From: Leptolyngbyaceae cyanobacterium | GTDB lineage: Bacteria > Cyanobacteriota > Cyanobacteriia > Phormidesmidales > Phormidesmidaceae | Direction of reading: 5' to 3' | Assembly (NCBI GenBank): GCA_965263355.1 | Contig: CBDHHL010000032.1 | Coordinates: forward strand, 256,001-320,000 | DNA: 64,000 nt | In this document: piece after piece, positions 19,300-29,401 of the stretch | How the letters are laid out: each line of letters begins with the position of its first letter | Numbering within the stretch: position 1 is the first letter of the stretch | Made by a program: the position numbers and the translations under genes | The notes under the pieces: model-generated | Seen by the model: the letters and a program-made list of their open reading frames with translations, nothing else | What the model was told of the DNA's origin: nothing | Databases searched by the model: none

Positions 19300-20433
19300 A
19301 TGCAGCGATCGGTTACACGTTTTTTCAGTCGGCGTAGTTTTTTTGCATTTAGCAGTTTGACAGCCTGTTCTTGGGCGTTAGCCATTGCATGTGCCCCAAC
19401 AGCAGAGGTTACAAATACTGTTGAAGAAACCGTGGAAACAGCCGCTGAAGCAGTTACTGAGGTAGCTGCAGCACCCGCATCTGATTTACCTAAGGTACGG
19501 GTAGGGTTCCAAACGGGTGACATTAATAATATCACCATGGTTGCCGCCAAAGAAGGGTACTTTGAAAAAGTGGGTCTGGATGTTGAACTGGCTCCTTACT
19601 CTTCAGGGGGAGCCATGGTCCCTGCCCTGGCAGCGGGTGAAGTCGATATTACCTGGTTTTTCCCGTTTCCATCGCTAACCGCATTTGCCACCGGTATCGA
19701 TATTGAGGTAGTCCTTTTAGACCATGCTCCCTTAACCGCAGAACGTTTGATTGCTGGAGAGTCAGCCGCAGATGTACCCAGTTTGAAGGGTAAAACTATC
19801 GGGGTTACCATTGGTACCTCGGGTCACCATTCATTGCTGGCGGCGATCGACCAGGCCGGGTTGTCCCAAAATGACGTTAATTTGGTGAATCTGAAACCAT
19901 CGGAGATGGCAGCGGCATTCTCGGCGGGGAAGATTGATGCGGCTTGGACCTGGGAACCCGCCGCCGGTAAGCTCAATGAGCTGGGTGGCAACGATATTGC
20001 CACTGCAAAATCCATTGGAGCCTATGCCGTTGCTCTCTGGGCAGTGCGCAAAGAATTTGCTGAGGCAAATCCTGAGGTAATGACCAAGTTTATGGAAGCC
20101 TGGGATATGGCCCAGCAGGATTATTTGGCTGATCCCAAGTCTGGACAACAATGGGAGGCTGAGCGTTTAAACCTCACCCCTGAGGAGTTTGGGGCGATGG
20201 TCGGTCGTCAGGGATCCACTGTGGTATTAATGGAGGATCAGCTGTCGGATGATTGGCTAGGGACACCTGGACAACCTCAAGCCACTAATCTGTACAAGGC
20301 CTATGAGGAATATGGGACTTTTCTGGTTGACCAGGGTCGTTTGGATAGTGTTCCAGAGGACTTAGCACCGCTGATTAATTCTTCCTATGTAGCGGACTAC
20401 CTTGAGTCTTCGGCAGAAGTGTTCGGCACTTGA
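19300..20433 (+). CDS. ABC substrate-binding lipoprotein, SsuA/TauA/NMT1 family
   Basis: SRRSFF Tat-like motif, AIAC lipobox, YSSGGAMVPALAAGEVD, DAAWTWEP; GGAGG upstream of ATG 19300. Confidence 0.9.
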   Translation: MQRSVTRFFSRRSFFAFSSLTACSWALAIACAPTAEVTNTVEETVETAAEAVTEVAAAPASDLPKVRVGFQTGDINNITMVAAKEGYFEKVGLDVELAPYSSGGAMVPALAAGEVDITWFFPFPSLTAFATGIDIEVVLLDHAPLTAERLIAGESAADVPSLKGKTIGVTIGTSGHHSLLAAIDQAGLSQNDVNLVNLKPSEMAAAFSAGKIDAAWTWEPAAGKLNELGGNDIATAKSIGAYAVALWAVRKEFAEANPEVMTKFMEAWDMAQQDYLADPKSGQQWEAERLNLTPEEFGAMVGRQGSTVVLMEDQLSDDWLGTPGQPQATNLYKAYEEYGTFLVDQGRLDSVPEDLAPLINSSYVADYLESSAEVFGT

Positions 20434-20546
20434 GTACAAGTGTTCGGCACTTGAGTACAAGTGTTCGGCACTTGAGTACAAGTGTTCGGCACTTGAGTAC
20501 AAGTGTTCGGCACTTGAGTACAAGTGTTCGGCACTTGAGTACAAGT
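20417..20546. repeat. Perfect tandem repeat: 6 x 21 bp AAGTGTTCGGCACTTGAGTAC (+4 bp)
   Basis: Directly visible; each unit holds the hairpin AAGTG-TTCGG-CACTT; no spacers; the first unit supplies the TGA stop of the upstream gene. Confidence 0.97.
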
Positions 20547-20565
20547 AATTGTCAGTTGTTGCCCC

Positions 20566-21387
20566 ATGTCCCAATCCCCTGTCCAATCATCGGTTGGTTC
20601 CCTTGCGTGTCACTCTCAGCTGGAGGCTCCTCTGGCTGAGGTTATCTCCCTGGATGGCGTATCCTTTGGCTACAGTCGCAAACGTCTGGTGTTGCAAGAC
20701 TTATACCTGACGATCCGACAGGGAGAATTTTTAACCTTGTTGGGACCATCCGGATGTGGTAAATCAACGATTTTGAACCTGATTGCAGGATTTTACAAAC
20801 CTCTTTTGGGTACCGTCACCCATGGAGGAGAAGAGATTAAAGGCCCTTCTGCCAGACGAGGGGTGGTGTTTCAAAGTAATGCCCTGTTTGATTGGATGAC
20901 GGTTGAACAAAATATTGGTTTTGGGTTTCGGTTTCAATCACTGTCGAAGTATGAGAAACAGAAGCGAGTGGAAACCATTATTGGCTTGGTTGGGTTACGG
21001 GGCAATGAACGCAAATATCCATACCAACTGTCGGGAGGAATGCGGCAGCGGGTGGCGGTGGCTCGGTCAATGGTGGTGCAGCCAGAGATTTTGTTGATGG
21101 ATGAACCCTTTGCGGCGGTTGATGTTCAAACCCGTGAGGGGTTACAGGAAGAATTGTTAAAGCTGCACGAGCAAGTGGCTGGGGCCATTTTGTTTGTTAC
21201 CCACAGTATTGAGGAGGCGGTATTTTTGAGCGATCGCATTGTAATTTTGGATCGCAACCTAGGGGGAATTGCCCACGATATTGAGATTCGCCTACCTGAA
21301 CCTCGTTACACGGCCATGAATCGAGTTTCAGATGAATTTAATCAATATCGGACAGATCTCTATTTAAAAATGAAGGCAATTGAGTAA
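20566..21387 (+). CDS. TauB/SsuB-like ABC ATP-binding protein
   Basis: GPSGCGKST, LSGGMRQRV, LMDEPF, VTHSIEEAV. Confidence 0.95.
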   Translation: MSQSPVQSSVGSLACHSQLEAPLAEVISLDGVSFGYSRKRLVLQDLYLTIRQGEFLTLLGPSGCGKSTILNLIAGFYKPLLGTVTHGGEEIKGPSARRGVVFQSNALFDWMTVEQNIGFGFRFQSLSKYEKQKRVETIIGLVGLRGNERKYPYQLSGGMRQRVAVARSMVVQPEILLMDEPFAAVDVQTREGLQEELLKLHEQVAGAILFVTHSIEEAVFLSDRIVILDRNLGGIAHDIEIRLPEPRYTAMNRVSDEFNQYRTDLYLKMKAIE

Positions 21388-22231
21388 TGAGCCAATGCAA
21401 TTAAAAATGTCTAAACAAGATGGCATTCCTGTCTTTAAGGGGCAAGACTTGCAAACCCAGGCATTGCGAGAGAAGGTGCTGGTGTTTTGTGTTGCGATCG
21501 CAATTCCCTCCTTCATCCTCATCATCTGGGAACTCACTACGCGCATGGGCTGGATTGACGAACTCTTTCTTCCTAGCCTATCGGGCATTGTCACCGAGTT
21601 CTTAGCCATGATCCGCAAAGGTTATGCAGGTACTCCTTTACTAAGCCATGTTCTGGGCAGCCTGAGGCGGGTGTTCACCGCCTTTGGCATTGGTACCGTT
21701 GTAGGCATCCTGCTAGGTTTGTTGATGGGGTATTACAAGTATGTGCGTGCCGCCTTTTATGTGGTGACTGAAATCCTGCGCCCCATTCCTCCTCTGGCGT
21801 TTATTACCCTGTTTATCCTTTGGTTTGGGATTGGCGAAGTCTCCAAGGTGTTGATCATTCTCTATGCCGGGGCATTAATTGTGATGCTCAACACGATGGC
21901 GGGGGTCCAGTCTTGCCCCAAGGATAAAATTTTAGCGGCCCAGACGTTGGGAGCCAATGACCTGGCCATTTTTCTATATGTGATCTTGCCTGCAGCTTTA
22001 CCTAGCATCTTTACTGGTATGCGAGTAGCTTTGTCTGTTGACTTTGGCATCCTGGTTGCGGCTGAGTTGTTAGCAGGAGATTTGGGTATAGGCTATATCA
22101 TTCAAGATGCCAGCACCTTTTTTAATGTAGAAGGCTTGTTTGTCGGCATTTTAATGATTGGCTTTTTTGGTGTGCTGTCTGATTTTGTCCTCAGGCTAAT
22201 TTCCTCACGCGTTGTTCATTGGCAGGGGTGA
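21380..22231 (+). CDS. TauC/SsuC-like ABC permease
   Basis: RPIPPLAF, WFGIGE, AAQTLGA, LPAALPSIFTGMR. Confidence 0.93.
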   Translation: MSNEPMQLKMSKQDGIPVFKGQDLQTQALREKVLVFCVAIAIPSFILIIWELTTRMGWIDELFLPSLSGIVTEFLAMIRKGYAGTPLLSHVLGSLRRVFTAFGIGTVVGILLGLLMGYYKYVRAAFYVVTEILRPIPPLAFITLFILWFGIGEVSKVLIILYAGALIVMLNTMAGVQSCPKDKILAAQTLGANDLAIFLYVILPAALPSIFTGMRVALSVDFGILVAAELLAGDLGIGYIIQDASTFFNVEGLFVGILMIGFFGVLSDFVLRLISSRVVHWQG

Positions 22232-22329
22232 TTTTTTAGCGAGGAATAAGCGACAAGTAACGAGTCAGATCTTATCTCTTAATTCTTTACTGCTTGTATT
22301 GTGAACCATTTGTTTTAGGAGTGCATTCA

Positions 22330-23631
22330 ATGTTAGAAACTCTCACTGCTCAATCGGAACTTACAGACCTACAAAACCAAATACTGGCTGGAATCACCCA
22401 AGAGAAATGTGTTCAGCTGATCAAAGATCTGGTTCCCACTGGACAGCCAGGCTGTGGCAACTCCATCGATCCAGAAGCACCCATGGCCCACGAAGAAGAC
22501 ATTTCTAAACAGGTGGGACAACATCTGCAGTCCTTGGGGTTAGACGTGGAATGGGTAGCCGCCATCGAAGGCCGTCCCAATGTAGTAGGGCGTTGGAATG
22601 ATGGACGCCCTGGCCCGTCGCTTATCTTTAACGATCATCTTGATACTTACCCCTCCTGTGATCCAGCGGAGTGGCATATGTCGGGCCATAACCCCTATAA
22701 CGCCACCCTACAAGGTAAATATCTTTATGGTCGAGGTACGTCTGATACCCGTGGCAATATGACCTGTCAGCTAATTGCCATTGAGATGTTACGTCAGGCA
22801 GGGGTAAAAATTAATGGTGAGCTAATTTGTGCTTATACCGTGGATGAAGAGCGCCATGGTAAAGCAGGGGCATTACACTTGTTGAATGACTATGGCCTGA
22901 CTGCCGATTATGAGATTACGGCTGAGCCCACCTCCTGGACCGATGGTGATGATTGGGGCATTGGCATCGCCCTGGCCCATTCAGGATTGTGTTTGGTGGA
23001 TATCGAAACCACAGGTGTCAGATCTCACATCTGGCGACCCGATGAAGGGGTCAATCCTGTCTTGCATATGGCTCAACTAATCGAGAGATTGCGCAACACC
23101 CCATTTACCCACACAGCACCGCAAATTTATGGCCCCACTCAACCCAGTATTTGCCCGGTCAAGATTGAAGCGGGCAAAATTGGCGAAGGACAGTTTACCC
23201 CCCCTGCCTGTAAGGCCAGGGTGTGGGTAATTGGTTTGGTGCCTGGCATGACCTATGAGTCAATTGTACAGGATATGGAGAAGGTGATTTCCCAGTTACA
23301 GACAGAGGACCCCACCTTCCAGGCTACAGTGACTAAGGTAGAGGGAGAAACCTTTGTGCCTGCGTCCATAGAAGTATCTGAAGATGCGGAACATGTACAG
23401 GCACTCTCAAGGGCATATCAGAAGATTTTGGGCAAAGATCCAGTGCTTTATCGTAAGAATGCTTACTGTGATACGCTGCGTTTTTCCCACAGTGGAATTC
23501 CGTCGATTACGTTTGGTCCGGGTGAGGATGGTTGGCCTCCCGTAAATGAATTTATCGATATGGAAAAGGTGGTGGCAGCAACGAAGATCTATGCGTTGTT
23601 TTTGTTGGACTTTTTCAAGGTGGAGGGGTAG
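22330..23631 (+). CDS. M20A family metallohydrolase (ArgE/DapE-like), atypical
   Basis: FNDHLDT, GRGTSD, VDEE, AEPT; the C-terminal FGPG...NE motif lacks the usual His. Confidence 0.85.
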   Translation: MLETLTAQSELTDLQNQILAGITQEKCVQLIKDLVPTGQPGCGNSIDPEAPMAHEEDISKQVGQHLQSLGLDVEWVAAIEGRPNVVGRWNDGRPGPSLIFNDHLDTYPSCDPAEWHMSGHNPYNATLQGKYLYGRGTSDTRGNMTCQLIAIEMLRQAGVKINGELICAYTVDEERHGKAGALHLLNDYGLTADYEITAEPTSWTDGDDWGIGIALAHSGLCLVDIETTGVRSHIWRPDEGVNPVLHMAQLIERLRNTPFTHTAPQIYGPTQPSICPVKIEAGKIGEGQFTPPACKARVWVIGLVPGMTYESIVQDMEKVISQLQTEDPTFQATVTKVEGETFVPASIEVSEDAEHVQALSRAYQKILGKDPVLYRKNAYCDTLRFSHSGIPSITFGPGEDGWPPVNEFIDMEKVVAATKIYALFLLDFFKVEG

Positions 23632-23752
23632 TAGATAAATAGCCTAACGTATATTGCAGGGCAGGCACAAGGCACAGCCCCTACAGCACAACCTATCTCA
23701 CACATGCCCTGGCTTGGCTGGGGTATTTTCTTTTTGGGTATCTCTTTAAATC

Positions 23753-24421
23753 ATGCACACTCATCAACTTACGGTTTCAGCCAAACCTTACCCGTTAACC
23801 TTAACGCTAGAACACACGGCGTTACTGGTTATTGATATGCAAAATGATTTTTGTACTCCTGGTGGTTGGGCAGACCGAAAGGGATTTGATATAACTCAAA
23901 CTCAGAAGCCAATTCAACCCTTAACACAATTGCTTGAGGCGTTGCGTGAGACACCAGTTACGATTATCCATACACGGGAAGGACATCGCCCTGATTTGAG
24001 TGACTGCCCCCCCCATAAGTTAGCTCGCTCAAAAAATCAAAATGCCGAGATTGGTAGTGAGGGGATAATGGGACGATTATTGACCCGAGGGTCTAAAAGC
24101 CATGATTTTGTGGATGCACTGCAACCGGTAGGCGGGGAGATTGTGTTGGACAAACCTGGCAAAGGGGCTTTTGTGGCGACAGATCTAGATTTGATTTTAC
24201 GGCAGCGAGGGATTCGGCAGTTGTTGTTGACAGGAGTGACAACAGAATGTTGCGTGCATACGACACTACGCACAGCTAACGATTTGGGCTATGAATGTTT
24301 GTTGTTAGAGGATTGCTGCGCATCGTTAGTGCCAGAATTTCATCGGGTATCAGTGGAGATGGCGCAGGTGATTTTTGGTTGGGTAACAACGTCTAAGCAA
24401 TTATTTGCGGCGAAAATTTAG
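23753..24421 (+). CDS. BiuH/TrtA-family cysteine hydrolase, divergent subtype
   Basis: [37 protein letters not shown]-terminal AQVIFGW instead of QGG(V/I)(F/V)G. Confidence 0.88.
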   Translation: MHTHQLTVSAKPYPLTLTLEHTALLVIDMQNDFCTPGGWADRKGFDITQTQKPIQPLTQLLEALRETPVTIIHTREGHRPDLSDCPPHKLARSKNQNAEIGSEGIMGRLLTRGSKSHDFVDALQPVGGEIVLDKPGKGAFVATDLDLILRQRGIRQLLLTGVTTECCVHTTLRTANDLGYECLLLEDCCASLVPEFHRVSVEMAQVIFGWVTTSKQLFAAKI

Positions 24422-24758
24422 GACTTGCATAGTTATTTTGTGCTGTACTGATATACAAGTAACATTGGCTTTATGTAGTAAATAAATAGGGTCAAAATCA
24501 TTGAGAATACTGACGGTACGCAACTCCATCGATACAACACCTGCAGTGGTAATACCTGAAATATTATTTATAGTCATATAGTTATATTGCTAATCAATTT
24601 ATTCTCGCCGTAAGAACTGCTTAAATAAAGGAATACCTTGGTTTAAGCCAAAGCAACGATCAAAGAGTTGGAATCTAGAGGAACAGTTACATCACATTAT
24701 TCTTGATTGGGATGCGCCATAATTAGGAAGTAGCTTAATTGACATTTACTCAACTTTA

Positions 24759-24899
24759 ATGCAGTTCGAATGGGACGAAGCCAAGAACCTTGAAAATATT
24801 CGCAAACATCAAATTGATTTCGTCGATGTCCCTGAAATGTTTGAAAGTTCAATATTACGTCAATATATAGAGAACAATAGCAATCGGCAAACTGGCTAA
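24759..24899 (+). pseudogene. Truncated BrnT-family toxin
   Basis: MQFEWDEAKNLENIRKHQIDFVDVPEMFE then unrelated sequence and a stop at 46 aa; no BrnA follows. Confidence 0.75.
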
Positions 24900-25187
24900 C
24901 ACTGAATTGAAACGGCGGAGCATAAGTAATTGAATGCCATTCAAAATTACTGCCGCCGTTAAACTTCATCGATGGAACAACAGTATAGGCTATGGTGTAA
25001 AACTCTTCTATATTGCGTTAGGAAAATAAATCGCAAGTTAGCAAGCTTTAGGGTGAGCCCTCTGCTTCAACGTCTAACGTCATAACTAGGATCGTTAAAA
25101 TTGGTAATTCTTAAGGCACTTTTGTCGATTTATAAGTAGGTAGGCAAAATAACTTACACAAGAACTTTTCAAGGATGACACTTTTGA

Positions 25188-25260
25188 AAAGTCCCCCAAC
25201 CCCCAACTCTGGGGGCTTCGGAACTCAAAGTCCCCCAGAGTTGGGGGATTTAGGGGGCTT
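25188..25260. repeat. Cyanobacterial dispersed palindromic repeat
   Basis: CCCCAACTCTGGGGG...CCCCCAGAGTTGGGGGATTTAGGGGGC inverted arms, downstream of the mrp stop. Confidence 0.75.
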
Positions 25261-25284
25261 CCAGGATTTTGAAATTAATTGTGC

Positions 25285-26382
25285 TCATCTACTTAAAGAC
25301 GTAGTTGACTGATATAACCTCGGTGAGAACGTATTATTTAATCCTAGAGCAATGGCCCCAAACACCTTTGAAAGGGGTGCCTGATCATTTGCCAGAGGCA
25401 ATGGTTGCCCCGCATCACCTTGCTGACAAATCTGTGGGTCAATCGGCACTTGCCCCAACAGGGGAACTGTCAATTCCTGGGCCATTTGTTCCCCGCCACC
25501 ACTGCCAAAAATGGAGGTGCGCTCCCCACAACAACCGCAGATCAAATAGCTCATATTTTCCACCAGACCCAGCACCGGCACCCCCACCTGACGAAACATA
25601 TGAATACTACGGCGCACATCTGAAACTGCCACCTGCTGCGGTGTTGTTACCATGACTACACCACAAATGGGACTCTCTTGAATAATGGTAATCTGGGCAT
25701 CCCCTGTACCGGGGGGTAAGTCAATCAAGAGATAGTCCAGTTCACCCCAATCCACATCCTGAATAAACTGGGTAATAATCTTATGGAGCACGGGACCACG
25801 CCAGGCCAATGGATGCTCTGGCTCTGCCAATAGGCCCACTGACATGACCTTAATGCCATGGGCTTCTAGTGGCTTAAATCGTTGACCGTCGGGCGTATCA
25901 ATTACCTCTATAGCAGTTTGAGCCAGTCCCAACATCTGTGGCACGTTGGGACCATAGATATCCGCATCCAACAACCCTACTCTAGCGCCCGTTTTGGTCA
26001 ATGCTGCCGCCAGGTTCACAGCCGTGGTGGATTTTCCGACGCCTCCTTTACCACTGGATACTGCCAAAGTAGTCCGCACACCTGAAATTGTACATACCTG
26101 GATATAGGCCTTCTGACACCAGTCTAAATCTCCCAAGGCCAACTGAGTCTGATCCTTAAGATCTTTTTGATGAGAGCCAATATACAGCTTTAGATACACA
26201 TAGTTATCCACCACCCGCAGGTTCCTCACCATGCCTAATTCAACAATATTGTTGTTAAGGGTGGGTTCAATTACCTGTTTTAAGCAGTAAATAGCAGCTT
26301 GCTTACGAGCAGCCACTATGGGATTAGCAGGGACGGCATCGGCTGTTGGGCGATGACTAAAGGGAGAATCGTGGTTAGGCAT
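25285..26382 (-). CDS. Mrp/NBP35 (ApbC) Fe-S cluster carrier ATPase with N-terminal DUF59-like domain
   Basis: SSGKGGVGKST, DADIYGP, WRGP, DLPPGTGD, ENMS..CGCC. Confidence 0.93.
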   Translation of the reverse strand: MPNHDSPFSHRPTADAVPANPIVAARKQAAIYCLKQVIEPTLNNNIVELGMVRNLRVVDNYVYLKLYIGSHQKDLKDQTQLALGDLDWCQKAYIQVCTISGVRTTLAVSSGKGGVGKSTTAVNLAAALTKTGARVGLLDADIYGPNVPQMLGLAQTAIEVIDTPDGQRFKPLEAHGIKVMSVGLLAEPEHPLAWRGPVLHKIITQFIQDVDWGELDYLLIDLPPGTGDAQITIIQESPICGVVMVTTPQQVAVSDVRRSIHMFRQVGVPVLGLVENMSYLICGCCGERTSIFGSGGGEQMAQELTVPLLGQVPIDPQICQQGDAGQPLPLANDQAPLSKVFGAIALGLNNTFSPRLYQSTTSLSR

Positions 26383-27355
26383 TGGAGGTTTCTGTCAGCT
26401 GGTCCTGAATTTTTTGAATGGCCCGTTGTGAGAAAATTTGCACATCTCTGTCTGGGTCATCCAGGGTTTGTTGTAATGCTGGCAAGACTTCAGGGTTACC
26501 CAAATTCCCCAGGGCAATGGCCGCATCCCGTCGTACGTCCGAATATTCATCGGACAGGGCCTTAATCAAATTGGGAATAGCTTGATTATTGGCTACTTTC
26601 TGCAGGGCACGGGCCGTAAATTTTCGCACCTGCCAATGGTTGTCTTCTATCGCCTGGATCAGGGCTGGAATAGCGGCGTCGGTGGCGTGTAAATCGAGGG
26701 ATTGGGCGGCATTACGACGAACCTGCCAGTCGGGGTCGTTGGCGATCGCATCGCACAACATCGGCACCACCTGAGCATCACTTAGATAGCCCAGGGTCAA
26801 AATTGCCGAGCGTCGCACATCATCATTGGTATCTTTGGCCAACGGTAAGGCCGGCTCACATCGCACCACCTGATTCAAATACCGCAATGTAACAACTGCC
26901 GCTTCGCGCAAAGCTGGCTTCTCCGACTCGAAGAAGGGCAACACGTAGGGCAGCGCCTGGGCATCATGAATCTTCCGCAACAGAATCAACACATTCAGCT
27001 GCATCTGCTGATCATCTATCTGAATGGCATCTAACAACTTGAGCAAGTCATCGGGAGCCACCAACTCCTTTAAAGCTGACAGGGCCTCTTCACGGACATC
27101 CGGTTCATGGTTAGACCCCAAACAGTCTAATAGGGCAGGCACCGCCACCGGATTTGCCATTTCCCAAAGGGCCGTGACTGCAATTTCCTGTACCCTGGCA
27201 CTCTCATCATTTAGACATTGAATCAGGGCATCAATGGCGTCTTCATCGCCTAAATGTTGTAGGGATTTAGCCGCGACTAGACGATCGTTAAGGTCTTGCG
27301 ATCGCAACATTTCCACCCACTGCACTAATTCGGGATCAAGGTCAGTATGGGCCAT
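26375..27355 (-). CDS. HEAT/PBS-lyase repeat protein
   Basis: Repeated LxD...VR..AA.AL units; likely start MAHTDL at 27355. Confidence 0.9.
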   Translation of the reverse strand: MAHTDLDPELVQWVEMLRSQDLNDRLVAAKSLQHLGDEDAIDALIQCLNDESARVQEIAVTALWEMANPVAVPALLDCLGSNHEPDVREEALSALKELVAPDDLLKLLDAIQIDDQQMQLNVLILLRKIHDAQALPYVLPFFESEKPALREAAVVTLRYLNQVVRCEPALPLAKDTNDDVRRSAILTLGYLSDAQVVPMLCDAIANDPDWQVRRNAAQSLDLHATDAAIPALIQAIEDNHWQVRKFTARALQKVANNQAIPNLIKALSDEYSDVRRDAAIALGNLGNPEVLPALQQTLDDPDRDVQIFSQRAIQKIQDQLTETSNA

Positions 27356-27369
27356 GGTGAGTCTTCTCC

Positions 27370-27597
27370 CTAACGCAACAGAAACGGAATCTGGACAGTA
27401 ATCGCATTGGTGGGGCATTCCTTTTCACAGGGTAGACAAAACCAACACTCGTCATATTTCATGTAGGCCTTACCGGTCTCTGGATTTTTCACCAATACAT
27501 CCAAGGGACAAACTTCAATACAAGCTTTACATTTTTCGAGACATTTAGATTCGTCCACGATCACGGGAACATCTACACGTTGGGTCGCTAAAGCCAT
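27370..27597 (-). CDS. 2x[4Fe-4S] ferredoxin (AprB/AsfB-like)
   Basis: CLEKCKACIEVCP and ECWFCLPCEKECP. Confidence 0.92.
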   Translation of the reverse strand: MALATQRVDVPVIVDESKCLEKCKACIEVCPLDVLVKNPETGKAYMKYDECWFCLPCEKECPTNAITVQIPFLLR

Positions 27598-27697
27598 AGA
27601 TCGGTTTCTCAGGTAAAAAACAGGTATTTGTCTGTAGAGTCGTTCCATGGAATGACTCTACAAGCGATATTTTGGATCCTATAAAACTCCTTGCCCC

Positions 27698-29401
27698 TCA
27701 TCGCACCGCCACATCATAAACTTCCTGTTGCAGATCCACCTCCACAATATACGGATCAACCGGACGCTTAAACATCTCCATCGCCCCGGTGTCAGTCTTT
27801 CTTAAATTTGCATGGCAGAACCATTCTGTATCATTCTTCTCAGGATAATCCAGCCGATAGTGATACAGTCCCCAACGGCTCTCCTTGCGGTAAAGAGATG
27901 CCCGTGCCGCCATCTCTGCACAGTCACGGATAAAGTGCACCTCCATACACCGCATTAACTCATGGGCATCCCTGGCTCCCATCAAATCAAGAGTCTCATG
28001 GTAGCGTTCAAAGGCAGCCAGACCAATATCCATCTTGGTCGGAGATTTTGGTGGCTGTAAATAATCATTTACATAGCGTCGCAGCTTATACTCCACCTGA
28101 GTATGGGGAATACCATCTGGTCGATTTAAGGGGGCATAAATCCGGGATTGTTCTGCCGCTAAAAACTCTGGGTCGGGCTCCACATGCTCTAGCCCCTGCA
28201 CGTAGTCCATGGCATTGATGCCCGACAGTCGCCCGGAGACAAAGGCCCCAATCATATAGTTGTGGGGCACACTGGCCATATCGCCAGCGGCATAGAGACC
28301 GGGTACCGTGGTCTCGGCCTTGTCATTGACCCAGACACCAGAAGCACTATGCCCGCTACATAGGCCAATTTCTGAAATGTTCATTTCCACCCCATGGGTG
28401 CGATAATCTTCTCCTCGGCCCTCATGGAAACGTCCCCGACTGGGGCGCTCATTAGACCAGAGAATGGATTCGATTTCAGAAATGGTATCGTCATCCAAAT
28501 GGTACATCTTGAGATGTACGGGACCTTTTCCTGAATTCAACTCTTTCCAGGTTTCCAGCATCATTTGGCCACTCCAATAGTCGCAGCTAATAAAGCGGTT
28601 CCCTTCAGCATTGGCGGTATAGGCCCCAAAGGGGCTGGCCACATAGGCACAGGCGGGGCCGTTATAGTCTTTGATCAGAGGGTTAATCTGAAAACATTCG
28701 ATATTGGTCAGTTCTGCCCCGGCATGGTAGGCCATGGAGTAGCCGTCGCCAGCATTGGTCGGATTCTCATAGGTGCCATAGAGATAGCCTGATGCTGGCA
28801 AACCAAGACGCCCACAGGCTCCAGTACACAGCACAACAGCTTTTGCCTGGATAACGACAAAGTCTCCCTTGCGAACATCAAACCCAACGGCCCCAATCAC
28901 TCGCCCCTCTTTCACCATCACGCGGGTCGCCATCACCCGATTGGTAACCCGTACCTTATGACGTTTTACCTGACGGGAAAGAATCTTTTTAAGGTCTTTT
29001 CCTTCAGGCATAGGTAACACGTATTTACCTACTCGGTGCACTTGTTTCAGGTCATAATTCCCTTCATGGTCTTTTTGAAACTTAACCCCCCAGCTTTCAA
29101 GTTCTTGAATAACCTCAAAGCCCCAGCGACCCGTTTGATAAACGGCTTTTTGGTTCAAAATACCGTCATTGGCGATGGTGATCTCTCTAACATACTGCTC
29201 GGGGGTAGAGTTACCAGGAATGACAGCGGTATTAACGCCGTCCATCCCCATTGCGATCGCACCACTACGACGAATATTCGCTTTCTCCAAAATCAAGACA
29301 TCGGCATCAGGGTTAGCTTGCTTAGCCTTGATACCCGCCATCGTACCAGCGGTGCCTCCACCAATTACCAAAAAATCTGTTTGCAGATGCTGAGTATTCA
29401 C
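27698..29401 (-). CDS. FAD-dependent oxidoreductase, AprA/AsfA-like (Sdh/Frd flavoprotein superfamily)
   Basis: IGGGTAG, RSGAIAMGMDG, YENPTNAGDG, GLYAAGD, RKESRWGLYHYRLDYP; probable GTG start at 29401. Confidence 0.9.
   Translation of the reverse strand: MNTQHLQTDFLVIGGGTAGTMAGIKAKQANPDADVLILEKANIRRSGAIAMGMDGVNTAVIPGNSTPEQYVREITIANDGILNQKAVYQTGRWGFEVIQELESWGVKFQKDHEGNYDLKQVHRVGKYVLPMPEGKDLKKILSRQVKRHKVRVTNRVMATRVMVKEGRVIGAVGFDVRKGDFVVIQAKAVVLCTGACGRLGLPASGYLYGTYENPTNAGDGYSMAYHAGAELTNIECFQINPLIKDYNGPACAYVASPFGAYTANAEGNRFISCDYWSGQMMLETWKELNSGKGPVHLKMYHLDDDTISEIESILWSNERPSRGRFHEGRGEDYRTHGVEMNISEIGLCSGHSASGVWVNDKAETTVPGLYAAGDMASVPHNYMIGAFVSGRLSGINAMDYVQGLEHVEPDPEFLAAEQSRIYAPLNRPDGIPHTQVEYKLRRYVNDYLQPPKSPTKMDIGLAAFERYHETLDLMGARDAHELMRCMEVHFIRDCAEMAARASLYRKESRWGLYHYRLDYPEKNDTEWFCHANLRKTDTGAMEMFKRPVDPYIVEVDLQQEVYDVAVR

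Noticed and set aside
20417..20546. Palindromic 21-bp repeats as a CRISPR array
   Set aside because: Units are head-to-tail with no spacers, and there are no cas genes
20362..20639. ORFs with (HLSTSVR)n and (HLYSSAE)n
   Set aside because: Translation artefacts of the 21-bp repeat
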